IMG/VR virus record: IMGVR_UViG_3300021437_000079 | Location: 1-24,903 of that record | DNA from: a virus | Taxonomy: Duplodnaviria > Caudoviricetes | Direction: 5' to 3' (one strand) | DNA length: 24,903 bases | In this document: positions 1 through 8,340 of the stretch, in pieces | Position numbering within the stretch: position 1 is the stretch's first letter | Layout: every line of letters starts with the position of its first letter | Translations under genes and position numbers: made by a program | Notes under the pieces: generated by a model | What the model saw: only the letters and a program-made list of their open reading frames with translations | What the model was told of the DNA's origin: nothing | The model's database searches: none

Positions 1-228
1 GGTCCGCGCGCGCGGCGCACATACTCGCACAAACTGCGAAAATCCACTAAACCCCCGCTTATCCCGGGTATTTGTGATCGGATTGTGCAGCAAAAAACAT
101 AGCGAAAACGCAGATCGGGGGTGTTTCTGTGGCGAAAACGCCACACCGAAAAAATCAAAGCAAGTATCGGGCCAACGTTTTGCGTCATTTTTGACACTAC
201 GTTTTTACCCAGATCGTGGGGTTGCCCC

Positions 229-768
229 ATGAGTGGTGCAGTTACCGAACGGCTAACCCGTGCTGAGTTTCGCGATCGTATCGGAATCACGTTAGGTGCC
301 CTATCGATCGCGGTATCGGAGGGGCGGATCGTAGTATCCTCCGACGGTTTGATAGAGTGGCCCGGGGAGTTTGATCGCTACATTCGTAATACTGCGGTGG
401 CTCCCGAGCGTTTTGACGCGTTGTTGGCGGAACACGGGGGTGTGATCAGTAACCCGAACGTTGGCCACGCAAGCGACTACAACGCGCAGCGTGCACGTAA
501 AACACGAACGCAAGCGGATCTACATGAGTTAGAGTTAGCAAAAAAACGAGGGGAACTAATCCCGGTTGCGGAAGCCTCCCGAATCTTCGGGGACGTTACA
601 GCGTCATTGCGGGAACGGCTGAGCGGGTTGCCGAATCGGCTAGCTATGAGACTCGCCAACGAACGCAGCGCCGATAAAGTGCGGGATACGTTGGAGCGAG
701 AGATCAGAGATATCCTGGATTCCGTAGCCGATCCATTGATCGCAGCTAAACGGGAGGTTGACCTATGA
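229..768 (+). CDS. terS: Terminase small subunit (lambda Nu1-like), 179 aa
   Basis: N-terminal HTH-like segment (LTRAEFRDRIGITLGALSIAVSEGRI) and Nu1-like core (ADLHELELAKKRGELIPVAE...LSGLPNRLA). Stop overlaps the terL start (ATGA). ATG 229 is preferred over the track's GTG 121 because 121-228 looks non-coding. Confidence 0.88.
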   Translation: MSGAVTERLTRAEFRDRIGITLGALSIAVSEGRIVVSSDGLIEWPGEFDRYIRNTAVAPERFDALLAEHGGVISNPNVGHASDYNAQRARKTRTQADLHELELAKKRGELIPVAEASRIFGDVTASLRERLSGLPNRLAMRLANERSADKVRDTLEREIRDILDSVADPLIAAKREVDL

Positions 769-2759
769 CCGATCAAAGTTGGGAGTCTGTAACCGTGTTT
801 CGCAACGTGCTAGGCGAAACGCTCAAACCCCCCGCAAAGCTGACGATCCCGCAATGGGCAGTAAGGTATCGGGAGCTAACAGATAAAACGTCCGATATAG
901 TGGGGCGTTGGAGTTATGACGTTACGCCTTACGCTAAAGAGCCGTTCGATCTGCTAAGTGACACGGATCCGCGATACCAGACGATCGTACTGCTTTGGGC
1001 TGCGCAGTTAGGCAAGACTGACGGACTGCTAAACGCGATCGGGGCTGCTATCTGCGCAGGGGGTACCACGATCCTTTGTCTACCCGATAAAGAAACCGCA
1101 ATGGGGTTCGTTGATCAGCGGCTGGGGGATATTACTAAGCCGGTCGTCAACGGAGTGCCTAATCCCGTGTTCGCTAAGCTCAGGCTAGCGCGAGAGGCTG
1201 ACGGGCAACGTGGTGGAGGTAAGCGGGGAGCAGATCGCGCGCTATTCAAGGAATACCCCGGGGGGGCGCTAAAGATCGTGGGCGCCCACGCCAGAACGCC
1301 ACTTAGTTCCACGCCTAGTAGGAGGGTTCTAGCTGACGAAGTAGACGGGTACCCCTATACCGTGGGAAAGGATGGATCCCCGCTCGCGTTGTTGCGCAGA
1401 CGCATGCAAGCGTTCCCGAATCGCAAGTTTCTGATCTGTGGCACCCCAACGATAAAGGGGGCGTCAGCCATTGAATATGAGTTTGCTAGCACGGATCAAC
1501 GTTTCTTCTATGTGCCCTGCCCCCATTGCGACGAACGCCAAGTACTTAGGTGGACGCCTAGCGTTCAACATCCTGGGGGCGTCATTTTCAACGCGCACAA
1601 TGACGATCCAGATCCGCACTATCAGTGTGAGTTTTGCAAGTGTTTGACACCAGAAGAGCATAAGGGAGACATGCTGCCCAAAGGGCTATGGGTACCCGGA
1701 GGATACGAGGGTTGGAGCAACCGCATAGGGGATCGCGAAATCCCCCGGGATCTTAGGGCTGCGGGGTTTCATCTATCCACGCTATACAGTCCGTTCTTTA
1801 CCTGGGCTGAAATGGTAACCGAGTTTCGCAAGGCGGAAGCAGACAAGCGAGCGATCCAAGCGTGGCTAAACTTGAATCTCGCCGAGTTGTTTGATCCTGA
1901 TTACGTGCGAACCGAGCACGTTACGGTGAACGCAGACGATAGAACGGAAACGGGTTTTGGTGTAGGGACGGGGGCCAAGTATGAAATCCCCGATACGGTG
2001 GCTGCGCTGTTTACTTCGATTGACGTCCAAGGGGATCGGCTAGAAGTGGGCACGGTAGGGTACACCGTAACGGAATCTAGTTACTGGATCGATTATGTGC
2101 GGTTGGAAGGCAACCCAAGCGTTCCGGTTAGTAACCGGGGATCCGTGTGGCGTAGACTAGCCGAGTATCTGGATCGTAAGTTTTCGTCAGCAAAGGGGGA
2201 TATCCCGATCGTGGGAGTTACCGTTGACGAATCCTATTTGACCGATCAAGTGCACGAGTTTGTCCGTTACATGCGTGACAAAGGGCGGCTGATCTGGAGT
2301 GTAAAAGGGATTGACGATAAGATCGGCACTAAATATCCGATCTGGCCCACTAAGATCCGCCCCGCTCGCAATCGTTGGGAGATTCCTAGTTATCCCGTGG
2401 GGGCTGACGCTGCAAAAACGTTGATCCTGAGTAGATTCGAGCTAACCCCTTCTGACGATGGTTGTATGCACTTTCCTGCGTCGCAATGGTGTGACGACTC
2501 GTTTTTTCGAGGTTTGCTATCGGAGCGCAAGATCGAGACAATGAAGGGCAGAACGATAACCCGAGAGTGGCGCAAGATATACAAGCGGAACGAACCGCTA
2601 GACCTAGCCTGTTATGCCCTTGCAGCGCTTCGGGGATGGCAATCCCAGGGACACACCCTTACGGCTACGCTTGCGCTCAGGCAAGCCCCCGGGCACACTC
2701 CAAACGCGCGCCAGAGTTTTGTGGGCGCTCCTAGGGGTTGGATAAATGCCAGACGCTAA
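765..2759 (+). CDS. terL: Terminase large subunit, lambda GpA family
   Basis: Walker A-like WAAQLGKT, Walker B VLADEVD, GTPT coupling motif, CPHC...CEFC zinc motif, nuclease motifs IDVQGDRLE and RNEPLDLACYA; GGAGG SD upstream. Confidence 0.96.
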   Translation: MTDQSWESVTVFRNVLGETLKPPAKLTIPQWAVRYRELTDKTSDIVGRWSYDVTPYAKEPFDLLSDTDPRYQTIVLLWAAQLGKTDGLLNAIGAAICAGGTTILCLPDKETAMGFVDQRLGDITKPVVNGVPNPVFAKLRLAREADGQRGGGKRGADRALFKEYPGGALKIVGAHARTPLSSTPSRRVLADEVDGYPYTVGKDGSPLALLRRRMQAFPNRKFLICGTPTIKGASAIEYEFASTDQRFFYVPCPHCDERQVLRWTPSVQHPGGVIFNAHNDDPDPHYQCEFCKCLTPEEHKGDMLPKGLWVPGGYEGWSNRIGDREIPRDLRAAGFHLSTLYSPFFTWAEMVTEFRKAEADKRAIQAWLNLNLAELFDPDYVRTEHVTVNADDRTETGFGVGTGAKYEIPDTVAALFTSIDVQGDRLEVGTVGYTVTESSYWIDYVRLEGNPSVPVSNRGSVWRRLAEYLDRKFSSAKGDIPIVGVTVDESYLTDQVHEFVRYMRDKGRLIWSVKGIDDKIGTKYPIWPTKIRPARNRWEIPSYPVGADAAKTLILSRFELTPSDDGCMHFPASQWCDDSFFRGLLSERKIETMKGRTITREWRKIYKRNEPLDLACYALAALRGWQSQGHTLTATLALRQAPGHTPNARQSFVGAPRGWINARR

Positions 2760-2955
2760 CGGAAACTTCACGCAAGCCGATCTAGCAGCGGTTCGCAGAA
2801 TGCGCGCAAGTGGCGTTGCTAGCGCGGCGAACAAGGATCGGTCAACATCCTTTCGATCTGACGAGGATTTGGCGAAGTTAGAACGCCAGATTCTAGCAGC
2901 GTTGGGCACGGATCGGCCGTCCTATTCTCGCACGAATCACAGTAAGGGGCTGTAA
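2746..2955 (+). CDS. gpW-like head-tail joining/adaptor protein
   Basis: 69 aa between terL and portal; FTQADL...ASG...DRSTSFRSDEDL pattern typical of lambda gpW-like proteins. Confidence 0.8.
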   Translation: MPDANGNFTQADLAAVRRMRASGVASAANKDRSTSFRSDEDLAKLERQILAALGTDRPSYSRTNHSKGL

Positions 2956-4464
2956 ATGCAACCGTGGTACAAAGAACGGCATATGCAGCCAAGCACAGCG
3001 CTAGCGTTAGTTGCACCCAAAGAGATCCGCAAGTTTGACGGAGCATCCCGCACCGATCGCCTTGCAGGGTGGCGAACACCGATCCAGTCTGTGAATCAGG
3101 ATTTACGGATCGGGGGAGATATTCTTAGAGCACGTTGCCGGGATCTGAGTGCCAACAACCCAAACGTGCATAAAGCGCGTTCCGAGTTTGTAAACGCGCT
3201 AGTAGGAACCGGGATCAAGTGCAGGGTCGAAACCGAAGATCCGCAGCTAAACGCCAAAGTCGAATCAGTGCTTAGTGCGTTTTTCAAAGTTTGCGACTCG
3301 CGTATCCGAAGCGCTGACGATAGCGGGATCGTCTTTGCAGCGCTTCAACGTACATGGGCGTACACCCTGTTCGATACAGGGGAGATCGTGATCCGCAAGC
3401 GGTACCGCCGTCTTACGGATAACTTGCCGATCGCTATGCAACTCGAAACGTTAGCGGCTGAATACGTTGACGAATCGTGGAACATCGATCGCGAAGATGG
3501 ATCCCGCATCATTCTAGGGGTGGAGTATGACGCACTTGGGCGCAAACGAGGGTATTACGTACGCCCCCGTTTCCCCGGGGATGGCCCGGGATCTGTAGGA
3601 ATGATGCTCCCCTGGAGTAAGTTTGTTCCGGTTTCGGATCTGATTCTGGCGTACGAGTCTGTTGACGGGGGGCAAGTACGGGGCATTCCCGCAGCGTCAG
3701 CGGTAGTTATCACCGCAAAAGATACCGATGATGCGGCTGACGCGGAACGGGTAAGGATGCGCGTCCAAGCGTGCTTTACCGCGTTTGTCACTTCCGAAGA
3801 GACAAGCGGGATCGGTCCAACTGTTTCGGAGGATTCGGAAGGTAACCCAATCACGACGATGGAACCTGGGTTGATCACGTTTCTGCGCGGAGGTAAAACG
3901 GTAACTACTCCAACGCCTAGCAGTGCGCTAGGTTGGGCGGATTTCGACAAAGCCCACTTGACCCGGGTAGCGGCGGGTTTGGGTATGTCCTACGAACGCG
4001 TCAGCGGGGATCTTAGCGGAACGTCTTTTAGTTCGATTCGGATCGGTGATAACAGTTTCAAAACGTCAATCGAAGCGCTACAAGCAACGCTCTTTATCCC
4101 GCAAGTGTGTGATCCCTGCGTAAAGTGGGCACTCGATACCGCAATCGCACAAGGGCTGATCCCGGATCGGGAGTATCCCGTTAGATGGATCCCGCCACCG
4201 TGGCGCCAAGTGGATAGTGAGACTCGAGCCGATGAAGTGATCAAACGCATGCGAGGGGGTCTAATGTCCCCCCAGGATGCGATCCTAGTCGAAACAGGGA
4301 GGGATTGGCGTGAAGTGATCCGCGAAACCGCCGAGTTTACTCGGGAGTGTGAAGCGCAAGGGATCACGTTTGACTCGTTAGCGACCCACATAGCTAGCAA
4401 CGGGCAAGCGCAATCGACGACTAATCCCCCGAAAGTCGGCGACGGGGGTAAAGCGCCCCTATAA
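2956..4464 (+). CDS. Portal protein, lambda family
   Basis: LRARCRDLSANN, VGTGI, LGVEYDALGR..GY, GQVRGIP, GDLSGTSFSSIR motifs; size and position fit. Confidence 0.95.
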   Translation: MQPWYKERHMQPSTALALVAPKEIRKFDGASRTDRLAGWRTPIQSVNQDLRIGGDILRARCRDLSANNPNVHKARSEFVNALVGTGIKCRVETEDPQLNAKVESVLSAFFKVCDSRIRSADDSGIVFAALQRTWAYTLFDTGEIVIRKRYRRLTDNLPIAMQLETLAAEYVDESWNIDREDGSRIILGVEYDALGRKRGYYVRPRFPGDGPGSVGMMLPWSKFVPVSDLILAYESVDGGQVRGIPAASAVVITAKDTDDAADAERVRMRVQACFTAFVTSEETSGIGPTVSEDSEGNPITTMEPGLITFLRGGKTVTTPTPSSALGWADFDKAHLTRVAAGLGMSYERVSGDLSGTSFSSIRIGDNSFKTSIEALQATLFIPQVCDPCVKWALDTAIAQGLIPDREYPVRWIPPPWRQVDSETRADEVIKRMRGGLMSPQDAILVETGRDWREVIRETAEFTRECEAQGITFDSLATHIASNGQAQSTTNPPKVGDGGKAPL

Positions 4465-4474
4465 GCTCCCGAGC

Positions 4475-6532
4475 ATGATTACCTACCTTACACACCCCTC
4501 CGATATCCGCGCAGCACTGGTAGCCCGGGGAACCCCCGTTCCTGCGGGGTTGGGAACGTCCCCGGGGGTAACCCAGGGGACGATCCGAAGTTGGACCCCC
4601 GGGGATCCCGCTTCCGAAGATCCCGCTAAACGCAACGCAACTTTTGAAGTTGTTTGGAGTGCGGGCGGGGTTGTCGCGAGAATGCGGCTGAATACCGAAA
4701 CTTGGCAAGTTGAGCGCTACGATCATGCGGTTGATCTCGCGGGTTTTGATCTGTCAAGACTCAACAACGGTGCCCCGTTCCTACGGAACCATGACGCGTC
4801 AAGTGTCGATAGCGTGATCGGTGCGTTCGTTGACGGATCGGCAAAAGTCGTTGACGAAAACGGAACGTTGATCGGTGTGGGTACTGTGCGAGCGAGCAAT
4901 AATCCCGCCGCTCAGGGCACCCTAGGAGATATTCGGGACGGGATCTTGCGCAAGGTGTCAATGGGGTTCAACCCGCTAGAGGATATTTGGACCGAACGCG
5001 ACGGGCAACCCGCACTCAGAACGACGACAAAAGCGATCGTAATGGAAGTGTCAACCGTAGCGATCGCGGCTGACGACGGGGCTAACACACGATCGGCGTA
5101 TGCGCCGATTGAGACTATACAAGAAAAGGGGACCGTAATGGGAGACAAGCAAGGGATCACGGCAGACGAAACGCTTTCGCTGATCAAGCGGGCGAACACT
5201 CTGGGGATTACGTTCGATGATGCAAGCGAGATCGTAAAGCGATCCGCAACTGCTGACGTTGCAACGGCTGAGTTTTTCACACTCGCCGAAAAGCGAACCG
5301 CAGCCCCGATCGGGGGATCGGGGGTTGAAGTTGGCGCGGATCGATCCGAAGCTGAGCACGCGGAGGGTATGATCCTTGCGCTTATGCAGCGTGCCAGTCC
5401 CGGGGACGCTACGATCCGCGCGGAAGTTGAAGCGAACGCGAAACGAGGGGGCAAGGTTTCAGAATACCAGAATCTTACCCTTCCGCGACTTGCGGAAGCT
5501 TCGCTTATTCGTTCGGGGATCCCCGGCATTTCGCGAATGTCTACGCATGACATTTGCCGGGAGGCTATGGGGCTGGGTACGCACCGAACCGCGATCCTGG
5601 AAAAGCGTTCATCGGGGGGTTTGCTCGCAACTGGCAACTTTCCCAACGTGCTGAGCAACGTGGTACAACGCGTGCTCAAAGCTCAGTATGCAGCGTTTCC
5701 CGTAACGTATACGCGTTGGGCAATGAGGCGGGATCTCCCCAACTTCCGTAACACCTCGTTCGTGCAACTCAGTTCCGCCCCTAGTCTCGAAAAGGTTGGG
5801 GAAAATGGGGAGTTTGCGCGCGGAACTATGACGGATAGTGGAAACAGCTTCCGCGTTGCGTCATTTGGCAAGATCCTGGGAGTTACCACCCAGTTGATCG
5901 TAAACGACGATATTGGGGCGTTCGGGGACATTCCGCGAATGTGGGCGAATAGTGCTCGTGCTACCGAAACGAAAACGGTATACGACACGTTGATCGCCAA
6001 TGACGTTATGTCTGACGGCAACGCGCTGTTTAGCGCAGCCCACGCGAACCTTGGAAACGTTACCGGAAAGCCTACGGCTGACGGAATGTTTGACGATATC
6101 GCGTTTGTGCTTGGTTCACAGACTACGCAACCCTCCCCCGATGAGGCGGCGGGTTTGCCAATGTATCTCAACCCGCGTTTGCAGATCGTCCCGATGCTGC
6201 TTGCAGCTGACGCACACCGATCGCTGAGCACGAATCAGCTTTTTTCGGCTACGCTCGCAAACGTCGTTCCCGCCGCTATGGTTGGAATGTATGACGTGCC
6301 GTGTATTGAACCGTACTTGGACGCGGTAGGGGCTACTGATTATTGGTACGTCGCGGCGGATCCGTCGCGGGGTGTGTCAAACGTGACCTACGGCTATCTG
6401 CAAGGTACGGAAGGCCCCCAGATCACCCAGCGCGAAGGTTTCGAGGTTTCGGGGCTCGAAATCAAGTGTGAGTTGCACTTTGGAGCGGGCGCAACCGAGC
6501 ACCGTGGAATGGTGCGGATCACGCGTGACTAA
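4475..6532 (+). CDS. Fused prohead protease (HK97-type serine protease) / scaffold / major capsid protein
   Basis: Protease motifs FLRNHD, ILRKVSMGF and EVSTVAIAADDGA in the first ~205 aa. The C-terminal part has Mu-T-like capsid motifs (TGNFPNVL, LEKVGENGEF, FGKILGVTTQLIVNDDIGAF, YGYLQGTEGP, HFGAGATEHRGM). Confidence 0.92.
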   Translation: MITYLTHPSDIRAALVARGTPVPAGLGTSPGVTQGTIRSWTPGDPASEDPAKRNATFEVVWSAGGVVARMRLNTETWQVERYDHAVDLAGFDLSRLNNGAPFLRNHDASSVDSVIGAFVDGSAKVVDENGTLIGVGTVRASNNPAAQGTLGDIRDGILRKVSMGFNPLEDIWTERDGQPALRTTTKAIVMEVSTVAIAADDGANTRSAYAPIETIQEKGTVMGDKQGITADETLSLIKRANTLGITFDDASEIVKRSATADVATAEFFTLAEKRTAAPIGGSGVEVGADRSEAEHAEGMILALMQRASPGDATIRAEVEANAKRGGKVSEYQNLTLPRLAEASLIRSGIPGISRMSTHDICREAMGLGTHRTAILEKRSSGGLLATGNFPNVLSNVVQRVLKAQYAAFPVTYTRWAMRRDLPNFRNTSFVQLSSAPSLEKVGENGEFARGTMTDSGNSFRVASFGKILGVTTQLIVNDDIGAFGDIPRMWANSARATETKTVYDTLIANDVMSDGNALFSAAHANLGNVTGKPTADGMFDDIAFVLGSQTTQPSPDEAAGLPMYLNPRLQIVPMLLAADAHRSLSTNQLFSATLANVVPAAMVGMYDVPCIEPYLDAVGATDYWYVAADPSRGVSNVTYGYLQGTEGPQITQREGFEVSGLEIKCELHFGAGATEHRGMVRITRD

Positions 6533-6558
6533 TCCCTAGTCGGAAGTAGAACCGACTT

Positions 6559-6584
6559 ACAAGACACGAACACAAGAAACGAAC
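6559..6584 (+). repeat. Tandem 13-bp direct repeat upstream of the decoration gene RBS
   Basis: ACAAGACACGAAC (6559-6571) then ACAAGAAACGAAC (6572-6584), one mismatch, directly followed by GGAG and ATG 6597. Confidence 0.8.
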
Positions 6585-6596
6585 GGAGATCACAAA

Positions 6597-7397
6597 ATGG
6601 CAAATCGAAGCGTTACCGGGGTTCAAATCCGAAGCGGTGAAACCCTGAAAGGTAACAGCACATTCAACGATCTGAGTGGAAATCCCGTGTATTACTCGCG
6701 GGGTTCGCTTGTGCGTTTGCATGATGCGGGATTGGGGTTGCTGACGGTTGTCGGCGTTATGCTGACGGGGGACCATTCCGCAACACAACCCAACTGGGAG
6801 GTAGCGCTTGAGGGGGAATATGAGGTTGCGAAGGCAACGGGGGCAGGTGCAGCGATCGTAGGGCGACCGCTCTATCTGGATCCGAACACGGGTAAGGCAA
6901 CGGTTACGCCTTATTTCCCTGGTAAGATCGGCGTTGTTGCGCGTCAAGCGCTTGACGCGGATAACACCTATCTGCTCAGTCTTGACGGAGATTCTGTCGT
7001 TGGTAGACCCGTGCTCAAAGGCGTTGCGGTATTCGACGCAACGGGAGGGGTTGCTGTTGGCACGGTTCCGTTGATTGACGGAGATCGGATCCCCTCAGGG
7101 TATCGAATCCTGTATGCTTGGGTTGACGTGCTTACCACGTTCACGAGTGGCGACGATTCCGCCACGATTCAACTCAAAATCCACGGGGGGGCTACGATCA
7201 AGGCTGCGCTCGCGATCAGCGATGCCAGCAACTACTGGGATGCGGGGCTTGGTAAGGCGACGGTCGCGGTAAACACGATCGCAAGCGCGCTTGCAGCCCC
7301 TACTGGGGAGGCTACTGTTGACGCGGTAGTAGCAGTCCAAGCGCTTACGGCTGGTAAGTTGTACGTGCATTGGATTGCGATCCCCACGGGAGCGTAA
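6597..7397 (+). CDS. Capsid decoration protein: DUF2190-like N-terminal domain plus an extra C-terminal beta-rich domain
   Basis: Directly after the capsid gene. EGEYEVAKATGAG..VG..LYLD...IGVV pattern of DUF2190-like proteins ends near LSLDG, followed by ~135 additional aa. Confidence 0.7.
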   Translation: MANRSVTGVQIRSGETLKGNSTFNDLSGNPVYYSRGSLVRLHDAGLGLLTVVGVMLTGDHSATQPNWEVALEGEYEVAKATGAGAAIVGRPLYLDPNTGKATVTPYFPGKIGVVARQALDADNTYLLSLDGDSVVGRPVLKGVAVFDATGGVAVGTVPLIDGDRIPSGYRILYAWVDVLTTFTSGDDSATIQLKIHGGATIKAALAISDASNYWDAGLGKATVAVNTIASALAAPTGEATVDAVVAVQALTAGKLYVHWIAIPTGA

Positions 7398-7400
7398 CAA

Positions 7401-7742
7401 GTGGGATCTTCGTGGCGGTTTGCTGACATAATCAATGATGCGATCGATTCGGTGTTTTCCGTACCGATCAACTTTGTTGTGACACAAACCGCCACAACGA
7501 TCCCGTTATACGGGGTGTTTGACTCTGCACACGTTTTCATTGACGTTGACACCCAAGTGCAGACGGAAGCACCTACAATCGAGATCACAACAACGAACCT
7601 AGTGGCGAACGGAATCAAACCCGTTCGGGGGGATCGGGTATTCGTTTTTGATACCGGGGGGGGTTGGTTTCAAGTTGACGGCAAACCCCGCGAGAACGGA
7701 AGGGGTGTTAGCCTGATCAAGCTAGTAAGGGAAAAGGGCTAA
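7401..7742 (+). CDS. Head-tail joining protein (lambda FII-like)
   Basis: 113 aa; GVFD..H, P.RGDRV, and G...IKL C-terminal pattern; syntenic position. Confidence 0.72.
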   Translation: MGSSWRFADIINDAIDSVFSVPINFVVTQTATTIPLYGVFDSAHVFIDVDTQVQTEAPTIEITTTNLVANGIKPVRGDRVFVFDTGGGWFQVDGKPRENGRGVSLIKLVREKG

Positions 7743-7743
7743 A

Positions 7744-8340
7744 ATGGAAGATCAGGCCCTAATAGACCGCACAGTCAACGCGTTGCGTGCTGACGCTACG
7801 TTGACCGCGATCGTTCCGAGCGAGTCAATCAACGATACTCGGCTAGTTCCCGTCAGCTATGACGTTGCCGATCTTCCGAAGTACGAGATCAGCGTTTCGA
7901 TCGAAACTGGGGAACTAAATCAGGAACGCGACGAAAACGGGATCCATTTCATTGATTCCGTCTATCTGACCGTAACGTGCACAGCCGTTCACGCGATTAG
8001 CAGTGTGGAAACTCCCGAACAAGCCGATGCGTTGATCGCTAGCAAGATCCGCGAAATGGCACGGGAGGTTACGTTGACACTGCTAGCACGTAGCACTTGG
8101 AGCAAGCACATAACCCGCGTTGGAAATATCCGCAGGGAATATGCGTCGGGAACGGACAAAGACGCGGAAGCGCGGATCTCTGGTGTCAAGATCACCGCTC
8201 AGGTAGACGTAGACACATTGATCGGCGTTGATCCTGCGTTGTTGGGTGAAGTTTTCACTGGGATCGATGCTCAGATTCAACACACTAAGGGCGAAACACA
8301 GGCCCCTAGTTTTGACGTAACCGCGAATGTGGGGGGATAA
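7744..8340 (+). CDS. Putative tail terminator/completion protein
   Basis: 198 aa, acidic, between the head-tail joining gene and the sheath gene; assigned mainly by synteny. Confidence 0.55.
   Translation: MEDQALIDRTVNALRADATLTAIVPSESINDTRLVPVSYDVADLPKYEISVSIETGELNQERDENGIHFIDSVYLTVTCTAVHAISSVETPEQADALIASKIREMAREVTLTLLARSTWSKHITRVGNIRREYASGTDKDAEARISGVKITAQVDVDTLIGVDPALLGEVFTGIDAQIQHTKGETQAPSFDVTANVGG

Noticed and set aside
191-219. Sigma70 promoter from the perfect TTGACA at 191-196
   Set aside because: No credible -10 hexamer at 16-18 bp spacing (TCGTGG at 17 bp), and TTGAC is generally abundant in this sequence.
121-228. N-terminal extension of terS from GTG 121
   Set aside because: The region has repeats, a hairpin and A/T tracts typical of non-coding DNA; the HTH-like sequence begins after ATG 229.
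4912-5679. Long antisense ORFs (4912-5679; also 5683-6231, 11077-11595, 12531-13226, 18275-19042, 21805-22347)
   Set aside because: They are shadows of well-supported genes on the opposite strand, with no recognisable motifs.
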